Of a DNA stretch of 64,000 nucleotides, positions 40,252-52,950 are shown piece by piece. This DNA is from Raillietiella orientalis. Taxonomy: Eukaryota. The notes under the pieces were generated by a model, which did no database searches, was not told where the DNA came from, and worked only from the letters and a program-made list of their open reading frames with translations. The number at the start of each line of letters is the position of its first letter. Position 1 is the first letter of the stretch. Made by a program: the position numbers and the translations under genes. The DNA is taken from assembly GCA_036172245.1 (NCBI GenBank), contig JAYWIR010000010.1, forward strand, positions 3,224,001-3,288,000, in the 5' to 3' direction.

Positions 40252-40381
40252 AAGATAGCCCCTTGCCTAGATGCAGTGCCCTTGCACCTGAAGTTGAATT
40301 TTACGCATCCTTTAGGATGCACAAAATTATAAAGTGATGCTTTAGGTGCAAAGACATTGCATCTAGGCTAAGAGCTATCTT
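40252..40381. mobile_element. ~130 bp imperfect palindrome (MITE-like hairpin)
   Basis: Left arm AAGATAGCCCCTT-GCCTAGATGCAGTGCCCTTGCACCTGAAG versus reverse complement of right arm AAGATAGCTCTTAGCCTAGATGCAATGTCTTTGCACCTAAAG. The core AATTTT..GCATCCT-TT-AGGATGC..AAAATT is also palindromic. Confidence 0.7.
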
Positions 40382-42229
40382 ATTGATGTTGAGTTTTGAA
40401 TGCTTCTATTTTTTCCCCTCTGAACTGCACATGCTTTGCCATTCTACAACACGTTTGTCGTCTCCTAAATTGAACTACCACGTTTTCTTCTATCCCGTTC
40501 TCTTTCAGTTCCAAAAGGCTCACCTTGTGAAGGAATATCTTATTTCCCGAAAAACTAGGAATTCATTTTGTTCTTAAAGTCGGCAACTCTTTTAAATGGA
40601 CCACAAAAGGTAAAAGCACACATCAGCTTGCGCAGCGGGTTCAGATGCACCCTTCTCTTCTGAAACGAATTGCTGCTTGCTTGTTCCCCGTTTCTGACTC
40701 TTCTTAAAGTTCATCTTTATTACATCGCTGCATTCTTTTCTTTTCAAAACCAAATCCGTTCGTCGTCCACAGAAAGACTTCTTTTAGCCTCGAAAAGGCA
40801 AGCTTTGATTTATCATAATTCGTGGTATCATAATTTCAGCTCTCCCTAAGGAGCTCTCCTTAGCAAATTCATGATTCATCTAATACCCCTGACTGCACTT
40901 TGCTAATACACATCTATAGATGCCGAGATTCTTCAAACAGACTTGTAAGAGATACTATGTTGATAGCTCTTCTGCTGTGGTGTCGAAATTTCGGAACTGC
41001 TGGATGGCTGAACATTACAGAGATCTGGAATGGGCACCCTGTATTCTTGTAAAGAGTTTGGCATCTTCTAACTTGCACTTTTGTGCTGATCGTAGCTCTG
41101 TTAGCTCTGTTTTGTTTCTTTGGAGCCAAGCAGACTTATAGATGGACGCCTGTTGTTGAGAAGAATGAATTGTGGATTTCCAAATCACATGGCGGTAGTG
41201 CAAGAGCCTCTCTTCCGACCAAACCGTCAGGTTTTCTGCTCCGACAGGAATCCGAGTCGAGCCATACATCCGCCTTTTGGCTTTCAAAGTCATCTTGGAC
41301 ATTTCGGGATCGCATCCTGCGCATCGATATTGATTCTTCGAATTCCGCTTTCATGAATTTCATAGGACTTATCGACTGTGATTCTTCCTTTCATAAACGA
41401 ACCGTCAATTTTCACCAGCTGACTTGGGGGAATGATCTGCAGACACACTTTCAAATGCATGCTTACCTATGAGAAGAAATGCGATGCTCAGGAAAAGTTC
41501 GTGAAGCTCCGAAGAGAAGACGGCTGCCCGTAAAGCGAAGCTGGTCTACTTTTTGCGACGAAATGTACACCAAGATGGAAGCCGGAGAGAAGAGAAAGAA
41601 ATCTCGAGCTGCAAACGAATCCGACCATCCGATAACGTATTATGAACGCGCATGTATCACTCCAGCGGAAAGAAAATGCCAACAGCGTCTATTTAAAAGA
41701 GATCAACAGAAACTAAGTAAAGGGTGAATCGGAAACAAATCTTGAAGCTCGGCCGTTTTCGTACTCGACGCTTGGAGCCATCCGCTTTTGCTATGCATAT
41801 GCGAAAGCGAGTGGGATAAAGGGCGAATTCGCTTTTCGTGCGACCCCCCAAGCGAGTTCGACGTATATATACGTCTCGCAAAGGCGCCTCCGTGGTGCGT
41901 TTGACGGATATATACGCGGTGCGGCGGAAAACAAATTACTCCTTGCCATCAAAATACGAAATTCTTGTAAAAAGTGAAAACAGTCCCCCTTATCTGTGTG
42001 TTTTACTTATATGCTGATAGGGACTGCAATGTGCAGTGACCTCATTAATTTTTTATCAAAGCATTTTTGAAGCGATGTAAGGTATGCCAACCAAACGAAA
42101 AATTCTTCCTTCTTTTTCTGGGTTTGCTTACACACGAGAAGTTCTGTCGATGAAGCTTCATCTGTTTTCCTCAATTAAGGCTTCGGATGATTCGTTTTGG
42201 CAAAAAGTGATCCCTGTAAGATAGTAAAC

Positions 42230-43015
42230 GTAACTCCAGTTTTTCCTGTGGAGCCCGGTCCACAATCCAATGTGCCTAGAAAATCAAGGAAGAAATGCTC
42301 ACCTCATTTGTATAAATTTTTGGATAAAAAACTAATATCCATAATTGTAATATCCAAACAATATCCATAATATCCAAGCTAATATCCATCCATAATATCA
42401 AACTAATATCCATAAACTAATATCCATAATCCATTAAAAACTAATATCCAAACAGACTAATTAGTACGCAAGGCAATATACTGAAATTCATTCTTCAAGG
42501 AAGAGAAATTGGCATCCCAGAAACACCACAGGAATGAAGTGCTTCATCTCACTATTGACATCGCAAGGGAATGTCAGGGAGCCAAAACTGGAGCTGAATT
42601 TCTCTGAAAGGGAAAGCGTGCCCACTCCTTTCTTTAGCAAAGTGATGTCTCGTCGCAGATTTTTGTTATCCTGCAGATGTATTCATTCTGAAGATGACCA
42701 AAGCAAGACCTCAAGAAGCAGAGTTTCCAAAAATGGAAACTGTTTGGAAAAATATTTTCAGCATGAATGCAAATCCAGAACAAGGCGTTGGCGTTGATGA
42801 ACCCTTGTTGTTATGGAAAGGGCGATCGTCTTGGAAGCAGGATATACCTTCTAGAAGGAGTCGTTTTGGAATGAAATTCTTTGTCTTATGCGAAAGTCAA
42901 CCTGGACAGATTTGGAATTTCGGTGCATGCATTGGCAAAAATACAGAACGTGGTCAAAATTGCCCTCAACATAAGACCGCGACTCGCATCGTTCTTGAAC
43001 TTTCTCGTGACCTAA
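42230..43015 (+). pseudogene. piggyBac (PGBD/DDE_Tnp_1_7-type) transposase pseudogene
   Basis: Motifs in order: KQTN*YARQ; WHPETP/EMKCFISLL…G…P; TPFFSKVMSRRRF…CIH; VDEPLLLWKGRSSWKQDIPSRRSRFGMKFFVLCES..G.IWNF…GK. Frameshifted and truncated before the second catalytic Asp. Confidence 0.9.
42328..42455. repeat. Irregular micro-repeat expansion of (CT)AATATCCA, roughly eight copies
   Basis: AATATCCA units with variable spacers, directly visible inside the piggyBac coding remnant. Confidence 0.9.
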
Positions 43016-45018
43016 CAGCCATAAGATGGCCGATTTCTAAAGAGTTTTTTTTGTTTTTTCTCATGTATGAAGAGGTTTCTCATTTTCCGTGCAATAACGA
43101 AATTTTTATGAATAACGTTTTTCTCATTTTTACCATTGAAATTTACAATGGATGCATCTGTTGTGCGTCTGACGTATATATACGTTTTCCTCAATTTCAT
43201 TTCCGCACCCACGGGTAGACTCTGTGGAAAAAAAACGCACGCTTGAAGGTTAATGGTACTTGCACGCTCCTGCACGTGGCACGCTCTTTCATGCAGCCGA
43301 CCGGGACAGCGCATGCTTTTCTGGCAGCCCATAGCCATCCAGACGGTCTTCTGGATCCCACCTTCGGATCCTTCTGGAATCCATGCGAGCTGTGAGTCAG
43401 TTGCATCGACGCAAACCAGGCTAGAGATTCATCGAATACCATTTCTTGTCTGAGACGAAAGAGCAGAGTTCTCTTCCCCCCTCCTGGAAGAAGGATTCTC
43501 TAGTCTGTGCGCGCTGTTGCCGCAAGCTACTTTGCTGGTGCTGCTCTGCCGGCGATAGCTACAGGTGTCTTTCAAAGGACCCGTGCATTCGGAATCGATG
43601 TGAGATGCGTGGAGTTGTTGAACATACTCCAGTCCCGACGGCCCCTCTAAGGATGCATCTTTCTTTATGCACGCAACGGGCAGTGACAAAACTACGGTTG
43701 CTTCACGTTCCCACTTGTTTCGAAGTGACTGCCGAGGAGTGGGAAGTAGAGGTGCGGCAGAACGACGCCGGCACCTTCTACGTGCTCCTGCGGGCGAGCT
43801 CAAGCAAACGACCTCGGGATCGCAAGAGTAGAGGTGGTTGCCAGCGTGGGCGAAATCAGAACGTAATCCTAACCGGATGGGCTGCCTCATGCCCCAGCGT
43901 GAGATGATAAATTGAAGTGAGTTATAAGAGCGCTGTGAGCCGTTCATCCGTAGATGAGTTGGAGCAGGGTAGGTTCCCTGTGAGGAAGAAGGAGTATTCC
44001 TGTTCGGGGAAGTATTCCTGTCCACCGTTTGCTAGGAAGACATCAACACATGGGGTGCAGTTCCCCAAGCGGGATGGCGATGGGTACACAATGGTCTCTT
44101 TGAGCATGATGTAGATAGTGGAAGAGGAAGGGCAAATGTAGAACAACAATCCAGCTTTGGATCCTTGGGGACAGATCAAAGCCGAGATGAAGAGAAAATT
44201 ATTAAAATCGGATGTGGCGGCGCTCATAAATTTTGGATCATGTTTTGGGCCGAGAGATTCCTCCTCTAGGCAGGCCTCTGCGATATGCAGCTCGAAGATG
44301 CACGCAAAGCGATCTTCATAAATTCCACTCGGTTATCCAATGCATAGCTCGAGGACCTTTGTGCGGGACTTCAGTTTGCTGCTTCGAGCAGAGGCAACGC
44401 TTTTGTGTGAGTGGGTGTCTTTTTGATCACAATGCAATGAATGTAGGGGCAGGAAATTGAATACTTCGCATTAAAGAGGGAAAATGGGTCCTCAGCGGAA
44501 GCAGTGATGTCACAGAAGGGTAGAAAATAGAAGGACGATCCATTGGAAAAGAGCTAAAAAAAAAAAAAAAAAACAGGAGGAGGAGCAGAGTTTTCAGGTG
44601 CGAAAATGCCCAAGTGGAGCACTCGAATGCCATTTAAGCTGCAGATGTGCGATGATCCACTGGAAGCATCCGTGAACATAGGAAGAAGCATCAATCTGAA
44701 GAGCAGCCAAACCGCTTTCCATGCTCATCAGGAAGCGATTACGCGAATGCTATGCGAGTGGTGCAAGCAAAGTGGTGGAAGAAACAGCTACGGATGAGTC
44801 ACCAAAAGCAGAGAATTACGAAATGCTTTTTCTTTATTATTTCACTTTATCAAATAGGAGATAAAAGTTTAGTGGTTTGTCGGCCACTCAGAGCTTACAT
44901 AACGATACTGCATCCATCGGAAAATGGCGGCAATGAAGATGCTCCCATTTCTTGGTGTGAATATTTTTTGTGCGAACTTCGAAGATTCGGGAAATGTTTG
45001 GCAAACATAACCAAATAA

Positions 45019-45075
45019 GAAAATTGAGGTCAATCGGTTATGTTTGGCAAATGTAACCGATCGACCTCAATTTTC
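45019..45075. repeat. 57 bp hairpin with 22 bp arms
   Basis: GAAAATTGAGGTCAATCGGTTA…TAACCGATCGACCTCAATTTTC (21/22 complementary). The core ATGTTTGGCAAA..TAACC is also repeated just upstream (~44995). Confidence 0.85.
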
Positions 45076-46439
45076 GTATCTTGAGGAGTCAGGCACAAAT
45101 GTGCCTTTCAAAGAAATCATCCTCGTGCATACTCTGCACCTGCTTGAATTTTCATGATGGAGGCTGCACCTCTTGCACAGTATCTTCATTTGGAAGAACG
45201 TCATGAGTTCAATGAAATGAAATAGTTACTCTCGATGAAGTTCTGGTAGCAAGAATAGAGAAAAAATAGATGAAGCTTGCACGGCATTCACTCCTTTTCA
45301 TTCGTTAATCCGATACAGCTATAAGGATGAAGACAAAGGTCTTGGAGCGGAAATAATAATTACAATATAAAATTTTGTAATCATGTTTTCGTGGATTTCG
45401 TAGCTGGGCACTTGGGCAAGGGGTTCGATAAAGTGGCCCAACTCCAGCTGGGGAACATCCTTGGCAGCTCTCCTGAAGCTGACGAAGAGAAACCATGTTT
45501 GAATTCCTCCGTGAAGATATTTGCTATCTAAATGGTTAAACCAGCCCGATTTCCCATCACATCTTTGGAAAGGAAGCTGCAATTTCTTGAGGAAAGGTCA
45601 TGAGGCATAAAAATGAAAAAATGGTTCCTTCCCCATACTGACGAATTGAAGTCTTGTTCTTGTATTCCCATCAAAACAGCATGGAAAGCCTTGGTTCATA
45701 TTGTGCAAATAATTACATGGAGTATTTCAGCTATAGAAAATGCTCTTTTTTTTTTTTTTTTTTTTTTACGAAAGCAAGGGGAACGAGGATTCGATGCCTC
45801 AAAGCAAAGCCGAAATTCTCCGAAGCGAAATTGTATTTTCCTTCACTACCTGTGGCCTACCTTTTCTCGCTCACAAAGTGTCTTCCAGCAGCTTTTGTGG
45901 TGAAGAATGTGCCATTTCATCCGTTTCGCTCCCAAAAAGATGTTTAGAAAAATGAAAAATTTACTCTAAAAAGGGGTGCACTTCTTCAACAAAAGCGCTC
46001 CTTTAAAGTTTGCAATGGTGGAAGGTCTCCATATCAGTAATCACTGGAAATATTCTTCTTCAACAGTCTCAACTATCTACACGCTCCACTGATTCAACTC
46101 TTACAGTGATCCGAATTTTCTCGAGTAATTTGTGATCCAGATTGAGATCACAACAGTGATCCTGGATTCCATGAAATACACATGGCAACGCAAAATGCAA
46201 ATTTGTTACTTGGGGATGTGATCCCAGTGGTACTGAGGTAAGTGAAAATCGAATCAAATGAGCCTGCTGATTATTGTATTTAATGACTTTAATTACATCT
46301 CGAAAAATGAAAATCATCTAATGACAGTCTTGCATTTCCTTGATTCTTTTTTTTTTTTTATAATTACTCCCTGATCATCATAGAATAGTCACATCACTTT
46401 TCATTATTTAAACCATACCTTCTTTTGGCACTTTATGCT

Positions 46440-46700
46440 TCAATATGAAAACTGATATCCTGGAATACAAGCGGAATCTAAAACAGCAACTAGATAAATT
46501 ATAGAGAAAGGAAGTCAATCTACGATTTCATCAATTGTGGAGAATCATAATCTTCATGGAGTCGATAAAACAACTCTGTTGGTGCCACTTCCACGCATGC
46601 TGACACAGTGAAGCAGCTGGGATATAAGTTTCATATAAATATAAGCAGCTGGAAAAAAATTCCTGCTCTTTGGGACGAGATAGAAATTTTTTAGTTTATC
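46440..46700 (+). pseudogene. Possible NACHT/STAND NTPase remnant
   Basis: RIII/HGVDKTTLL (decayed Walker A), followed ~100 bp later by FLLF/WDEI across a frameshift (Walker B-like). Confidence 0.25.
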
Positions 46701-48429
46701 TATTTCTGGTAATGAATCCTGTATGACTTTGAGAATCATTAATTTGCAGGACCGGAAAGGATGTTTACGAAGAAATGCAGGCATTCATCAGCGTAGAATT
46801 TGAGTTCATTTCGATGACCATCTTGCATACCAATGCAGGAAAACTAATCATAAAGGTTGGAGCTGCTGGTTATCTTGAAACGGAGCTATCATTGATCATT
46901 TCGAAAATTCAACGGAACATTGGCTCCGAATCTGAATGACTGCAGCTCTCCAAAATGGCGACTCCGAAGCACGAAGCGCGCATCGCAAAATAGGTGACTT
47001 CTTCCAGGAACTTAGAAGATGAGGACAGAGACGCAGCCGCACTTTGCGGAATGAATCAAAAAGGAAGGATGCAATGATCGAAACATCCACTATTCGCTGC
47101 CTCAAGGGACTCCAACTCTGCATTTCGTCTCGATCTCTAGTGAGTTTCGTTGTCTCATGGATAACATTGAGGTGTCAGAACGAAATTCCGAATCGAATTT
47201 TAGACAAATATTTTCCATAGGAATGGAAAGATGATGGCCGAACATAATCATTTTCGTGACAGGACGATGGGAAATCAAGTGGCAAACTCAAGTTCTCGAT
47301 TCAGAAATCCTGCTCCAGATATAGAAAGATGCTGTGCCTGTCTTTGACTTTTCTAAAGACACTTGATGGGAGCCAAGCACGCCGATATGTGTGTCGATGG
47401 TATTCGGCCTTTCTTTCTGGGATGAAACGGACTCTTTCATGGAGCAGCGTCAAATATGCATTTTCTGAGCACGAAGCAACTGATGCACTGATGATGCTAG
47501 TGGTGGGAAGTCCAAGTGGATTCCTATTCGTCTTCTTGGGAAAACTGAACGCAGGAGCTTCGAATTTTATGCACAGATAAACAAATGGAGAGGGAAATTT
47601 CGCACTCCCTCAAAGAGCTCAGAAGTGAGATTTTTTGATGCTCAGAATTTCTCACCTGCATTCTACCGGTACGCTGTGTAGTTTCTTCAAATGACCTGAG
47701 CAGAATGCACTCACGTGACCCCTGGCTGTCGAGTCTATGTTTATTTAAAGCCTTCAAGTAGAGTTGCTTGCGAAGTGTCGAAAGAGGTGAGATGAAAGTG
47801 CTGCATTCTAGGAACAGCTCATTCTCTTGCGAAAAGGTTGCTGCAGGAAAGATCCGTTCCGTAGATGGGCTTCCGTGTTGCTTTCGGGACCATTCTGCCT
47901 TACAACGAGAATTAATCTCACTGGAAAATTATTAAGAACGAAAGCGCAAATTTCAACTGAGGACGAAGTTCAGCGTGAAGATAAGAACGTGGAAAATCGA
48001 CCCTTCTCAGGGTTTAAATCTTTCAGGATCTCAGACAGGAGGACCGAAGGGAGTCCCGTTTCTGGGACCCCTACATGTTTTGAATTTGTGAATTTCATTT
48101 CTGTGCTTGCGTATAGAGATAAGGTCTACTTTCTCCTAAGAGAGGGAGGCAACTAACTCTCGGAAATTCTTTTCCTAACTTGCCTGCGGAACGTGGATCA
48201 GTTCAGTGTATACCAAATTCTTCCTTGCCTACTGTTTATTCTCACCAAACTTTTCGGAAATTTCCAATTCTTGGCATTCCTGGAAAATGAACGTACACGG
48301 ACAAGTTTCTTTTCTGGAAAGCTAATACATGGATGTCTGGGAGAGAATTTTGTGGCATTCACATGATTCCTGAACGAGCACGAGTGGACGTGAAGGGAGA
48401 TCTCTCCACGAACGCACAATCAGCTACCA

Positions 48430-48940
48430 TTATGCCTTCCGACTGGATAAGATGGAGTAATCATTTTTCAAAGGCTCCTGCCGATAGTGACTGATGACGG
48501 CTCCAAGCAGACAACGAAGGTGTCAAAGTTGAGATGCCCTCAACTCTCCACAGTTCTGATCCTGGAAGACATACTCGCTCTCGCAGAAACAGGATCAGGA
48601 GAAAAACCGGTTGCAAGTATCCGAGAGTCCCATACGACCCGCAGCACGTCCACTTCTATGCTCTCTCTCAGTCTTCATCCTGGAATGGTCTGCTCTCAGA
48701 AAATGCCCTTGTCTCGTACCATCTTCAGAGGAATTTCATTTTGCTTGGAAGAATTCAGACGAACACTTTCATCTGGAAAGATGGTTCTTTCTAATCGGAA
48801 ATTATGCATTTTTGTGAGTATAGATGAGTTTTCAAGAAACCAAGACCGCATTCTCATTGGGGACAAAGAAGCGCATTCGCAGATGATTGCTTCGTACAAG
48901 TAATTCACAGCAAGAGAAATCTGTCGCTTTGCTGATGAAA
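48430..48940 (+). pseudogene. Possible ionotropic-receptor-like remnant
   Basis: FKGS…LMTAP…ILEDIL spacing resembles the IR M3-S2 junction (Y.G.L.S.L..P…TLEDL). Very weak. Confidence 0.2.
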
Positions 48941-51900
48941 CTTCAAAGTGCGTCCTCTCCGATGTCGGCACAAAGCTAAGAAAATGATTACTTTTTTAAT
49001 TTTTCAATTTCAATATTACCTATTTTCAATATTTGAAACGAGAACTCGAGGGTCATGCGTTGAAGAGAGGGACTCGTGCTTTCGTTATTAGAAGCTACAA
49101 AAGGGAACGCTTTCAACACAGTTGCCAGAATACAGCTCTTCTGAGTCTCAAAAGTCCATATCTGGAAGAAAACTAGAAATGAAAGCTGAACATGGCAAGC
49201 CTTCGAGTGCGAAACAATTTCATTTCAGAGACCCTTGGTATGGAAGCCATAGGTTTCCATTAGAATTCCTGCTCATGTTGGCTTTTTCTGATTACGTGAA
49301 TGATCACAACAGTGCATTCACAGTGATGCTCTGAATGAAAGAAGGATGTGTAGACGTCTTACACAAGGAAAATAGTCCTAGGTTCTCTGGTGGTTCTAGA
49401 GGTACTGTGCTCACACGCATTTCCTCCTTCAGCTGGAGAGTTCTGCTGAAAAGGAGGATTTCAAGACGAAAGTACTAATTTGTAATTTTGAAAGTGGGAG
49501 GGTCGTGCGTTAAGGGGAATCAACGAGTAGTGAATTCAGCTTCCTTTGCAGAAGTTTCATGGGAAAGCCATGTCTCATCTCAGCCTGCATCCTTTCCAAA
49601 AACTTTTGTCTGTGGATTGTGTGTGTGAAACAACACTCCCACCTGTTTTTCTCTTATCAATAAATAATTCTATCCTGCAGTGTACCTGTTAGATTCACAG
49701 TCAGGATGAGTCCTCTGGCCTGCGAAGAAAGAATTTGCAACAGAGTTAAGCTATGCTGAGAGTCCCTTCTTCTACATCCTCTTCTATCGTTTGGGAGAAT
49801 GGTGAAGGGCGTGAATCCTTAAGAAAGCACCGACTGAGAACCCTCAACTGAAAATTGGATTTCGAATTTTTGTTAACTTTCCCGCCCTTTGCCCCGAACA
49901 TCCCTGAGATTTCAAATGAGGAATCCCTGTTCTAAGGAAAACAAGGTCGTTCCCTCATCCTGCTTGGCATTTGCCTCACGAAGGTGCCAGTGCACGACTG
50001 CCGATTATTATTCTTCCTTACTCCATCTTACCAGTGATGGTTTCGTAGACGCTCATCATTCTCTTCGCTGCATCCCTCATAACAAAGTGGGAGTGAAATG
50101 GGAGCTCTGTAAGGGTTCCGCAACTCAGTTTATCAACATGCTCGCATATCAGTCAATATCAAAACGGTTCCTTTACTGACTTGCCGATGCTTCTTCCAGG
50201 AGAACCTTCTCGAATACGATTGGTTGTAGGTTGCCTGGATTAAGCACGCTACAGGAAACTCCATTCCTGGTCACTCAGCAGTTGCTTTTTAGAGCTTTAC
50301 GCGAGATCTGATGATTGCTGTTTTATCGTCGTTGTATGCATGGATTGCTTCAGTCTGAACATCCTCGACGGTTTTAAAATAATGGCTATGCTAATAGATT
50401 GGTTATTCTTGATAATAAGGCTCCTTTACCGTACACTACCTCGCTTGTCCACGGATATGACTCTGAGCATCATCAGAACCTAAAAGCAGACCTTGAATAG
50501 CCCACTATTTTTCACCACCGATTGCTCCTCTGGTTTGTGCTAAAAGGCATCTCATTTATGGGAAATTGCTCGCGCATTGGTTAGCAGCAGAACAGTTCTT
50601 CACACCATGCATTCATTAACAAGTTGCTGTTGATGAAACAGCTGATAAAATCTTTCGTCGAGCACTCTTTTACATTTATTAATAGTCAATGGTGTTTTCA
50701 TCCTAGAGCAGCTGTATATAGAATCACGTTTTTCGCATCTCCTATTCTGAGATGGGTTTCATAATTATTAATTGACTGCAAATCCTGCAAAATCGGACAT
50801 GCACGCATAGAATATGATTTTGACTGTAAACCTTCAAATACATAAATAAACATTTCAATCGAGCGATGAAGAAATTTCACCAAAATTGAAAATTCCAGGA
50901 AACCATCCATCTATCATAATAAAGGAACAGCAGTCCACGAGAATGCCCACTGCTCGCCTCAGTCTCATTTGTCCATTCAAATGGGAGCGTACTCAGTTCT
51001 TTGATTGCTTATAAGTCTCATTCTGCTTGAAATCCCCCCAAATCAGCTCATTACGGGGAAGATCGCGTTTATAAGACAAATGCAGCTCACCACACTAGGC
51101 ATCAACGCATCTGAGTAAAAGGGGGAAGTTTTCCCCTGAAAAAATGACCCATAATCTTTTTTCAGTGCAATGTGAGGACGAAGGTAAGGGAAGAACAGTG
51201 GACAACAGGACTTTGTTTCTCCGATGAATCTGCGAAATCCCACAGTTGCTTGTAAGTAATGCAGAAGTTGTTCGTCACTGGAAACGTTGATAAACAGATG
51301 CTGTCATGTCTACGGAACTTGATTGATCACGGCTTCAGCTGCATGGACACTTTCCTATTGCCCTGTTTGTCTACTTGCAATTACCTCACTGATACTTTCC
51401 TTCACAGATGGATTGTCAAAGAGCGAATCCGGTAGCTTTCCTGTTCCAGCCTCTTCCCATTTCAAATCCTCCAAATGCTTAACAGTTACCGCTGGAATTT
51501 ATCGAATAGAACGCAGCGCAGACCACAGAGAGATTCGACGGAACTGTCTAGGGATCATTTCTTCTCATTATCTTGGAAGTGTTCAGAGGCACGGAGCCTT
51601 ATCCTTAGATATGCAGAGAAGAATGGAATTGGTATGCCTGATCATACACGGTTCTTTATTGCTCTAACGGATGCATTCAAATGTTAGATAAATATGCCAA
51701 TATCTGAATGATTGAATGCATTATTTTGCAGCTGCAGTCGTAGTAGGGAGAGATTTCGGACTAAGAATATTAGAAAAGGTAGATTTAGGCTAAAAGTCTC
51801 GTAAGGACGCAAAAGTCGATGATCACGGAGATCACTCAGCTCAACTCTCTCCATTGATCCGCTCTTCTTTTCCTTCCAAATTAGATGTGCAACCTTGTGT

Positions 51901-52699
51901 GCTTATGAGCTCCAGTGATGTGCAAAGCTTGCAAATTCAATATATCTTCTTTTCTATCATTGCAGCCCAGCTTCAATCTTGGTCACGTCCTCCTTAATTT
52001 TATAGATCCAATGAAAAAATGGTTATAAATAGGAAGGCCTAGGAAATAGACTTATGGAAGGTTCTGAGAAACGAATATAAGTGAATTGCAAGTTTCCTCC
52101 AACGAGGAAAAATCCTTACAGTCTGGGAACGATTGCATGTTTGATCTGGTTCGCTTGCGAGCTCTATGGCCCCATGAGAACAACGTCCAACTCGAAGATG
52201 CGTTGCAGACGGAAGGCTTCTTATCCCAAGTTGAATCTCATATCATTGCATGGCTTCCTACCGCGCATGATGCGACCTTCTGATGAATACCTGACATCGC
52301 CATTTGCTGAGGACCTAAAAGACAGTGCCATTTAAGGATGGTTTCTTATGGCCTTTCGAGATCTCATGTTGATTCATTTCATTTGTCTGCACATGGAATT
52401 CTTGCAGAAACCGTACTCTGACTGCGCTCTCATGATATTTCGATGCCAACTCTGGAGGCTTAATCCTCACCAAAGCAGAGCAAACCATCCTACCGTAACA
52501 AATTATGTTGGGTTGATCTGTGTTCCTTCCTTCATTCTGATTAGGAATTTGTACAGCTTTTCTTGTTTTGGTGACTTCCACAAAAATCTAAACTGAAAAC
52601 ATCTGAAAGGTGACCCCAGAGAGGCATTGCTTGGTTTCGGATCGTTCGCTTCTCGTTGGAGCTTCTGTCCTCCATTAATCCTCCATTTCTAGAGTAGTC

Positions 52700-52950
52700 T
52701 ACGGCACAGTTTGCTGCAATCCCGTGTACTACGATTTGCATAAGCCGTGATTCTGTGGACAAGGATATACAAGGGATATGAAATATGTTCTCTGATCTGA
52801 TAAATGGTACGCAGCGTAAAAATTCATGGAAAGTGTTCGACATGATCTTTGAAGATGACAGGCAATAAATCTGAAGCCCGACTTAAGCGGAAAGCCATTT
52901 AAATCCATAGATTGAAGGAAACCTACTGAATTGCAAGCAGAAGTCAAGCC
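52700..52950 (-). pseudogene. NACHT (NLR-like) winged-helix motif remnant
   Basis: Removing one T from a minus-strand T-run (A-run ~52818-52822) gives TFHEFYAAYHL, matching the F.H.(S/T)FQEF.AA..L motif. It is preceded by PLKSGF. Confidence 0.4.

Larger units (their letters stand above)
41860..43253 (+). mobile_element. piggyBac-like DNA transposon remnant (internally deleted; left terminus not identified)
   Basis: Transposase remnant; palindrome GACGTATATATACGT(C) at 41860-41875 and 43171-43185, with a degenerate copy at ~41903; right end GAAGG|TTAA with TTAA at 43250-43253. Confidence 0.75.

Noticed and set aside
42328..42455. CRISPR-like appearance of repeated AATATCCA units
   Set aside because: Units are only ~8-12 bp, the spacers are short and derived from the same motif, there are no cas genes, and the context is eukaryotic.
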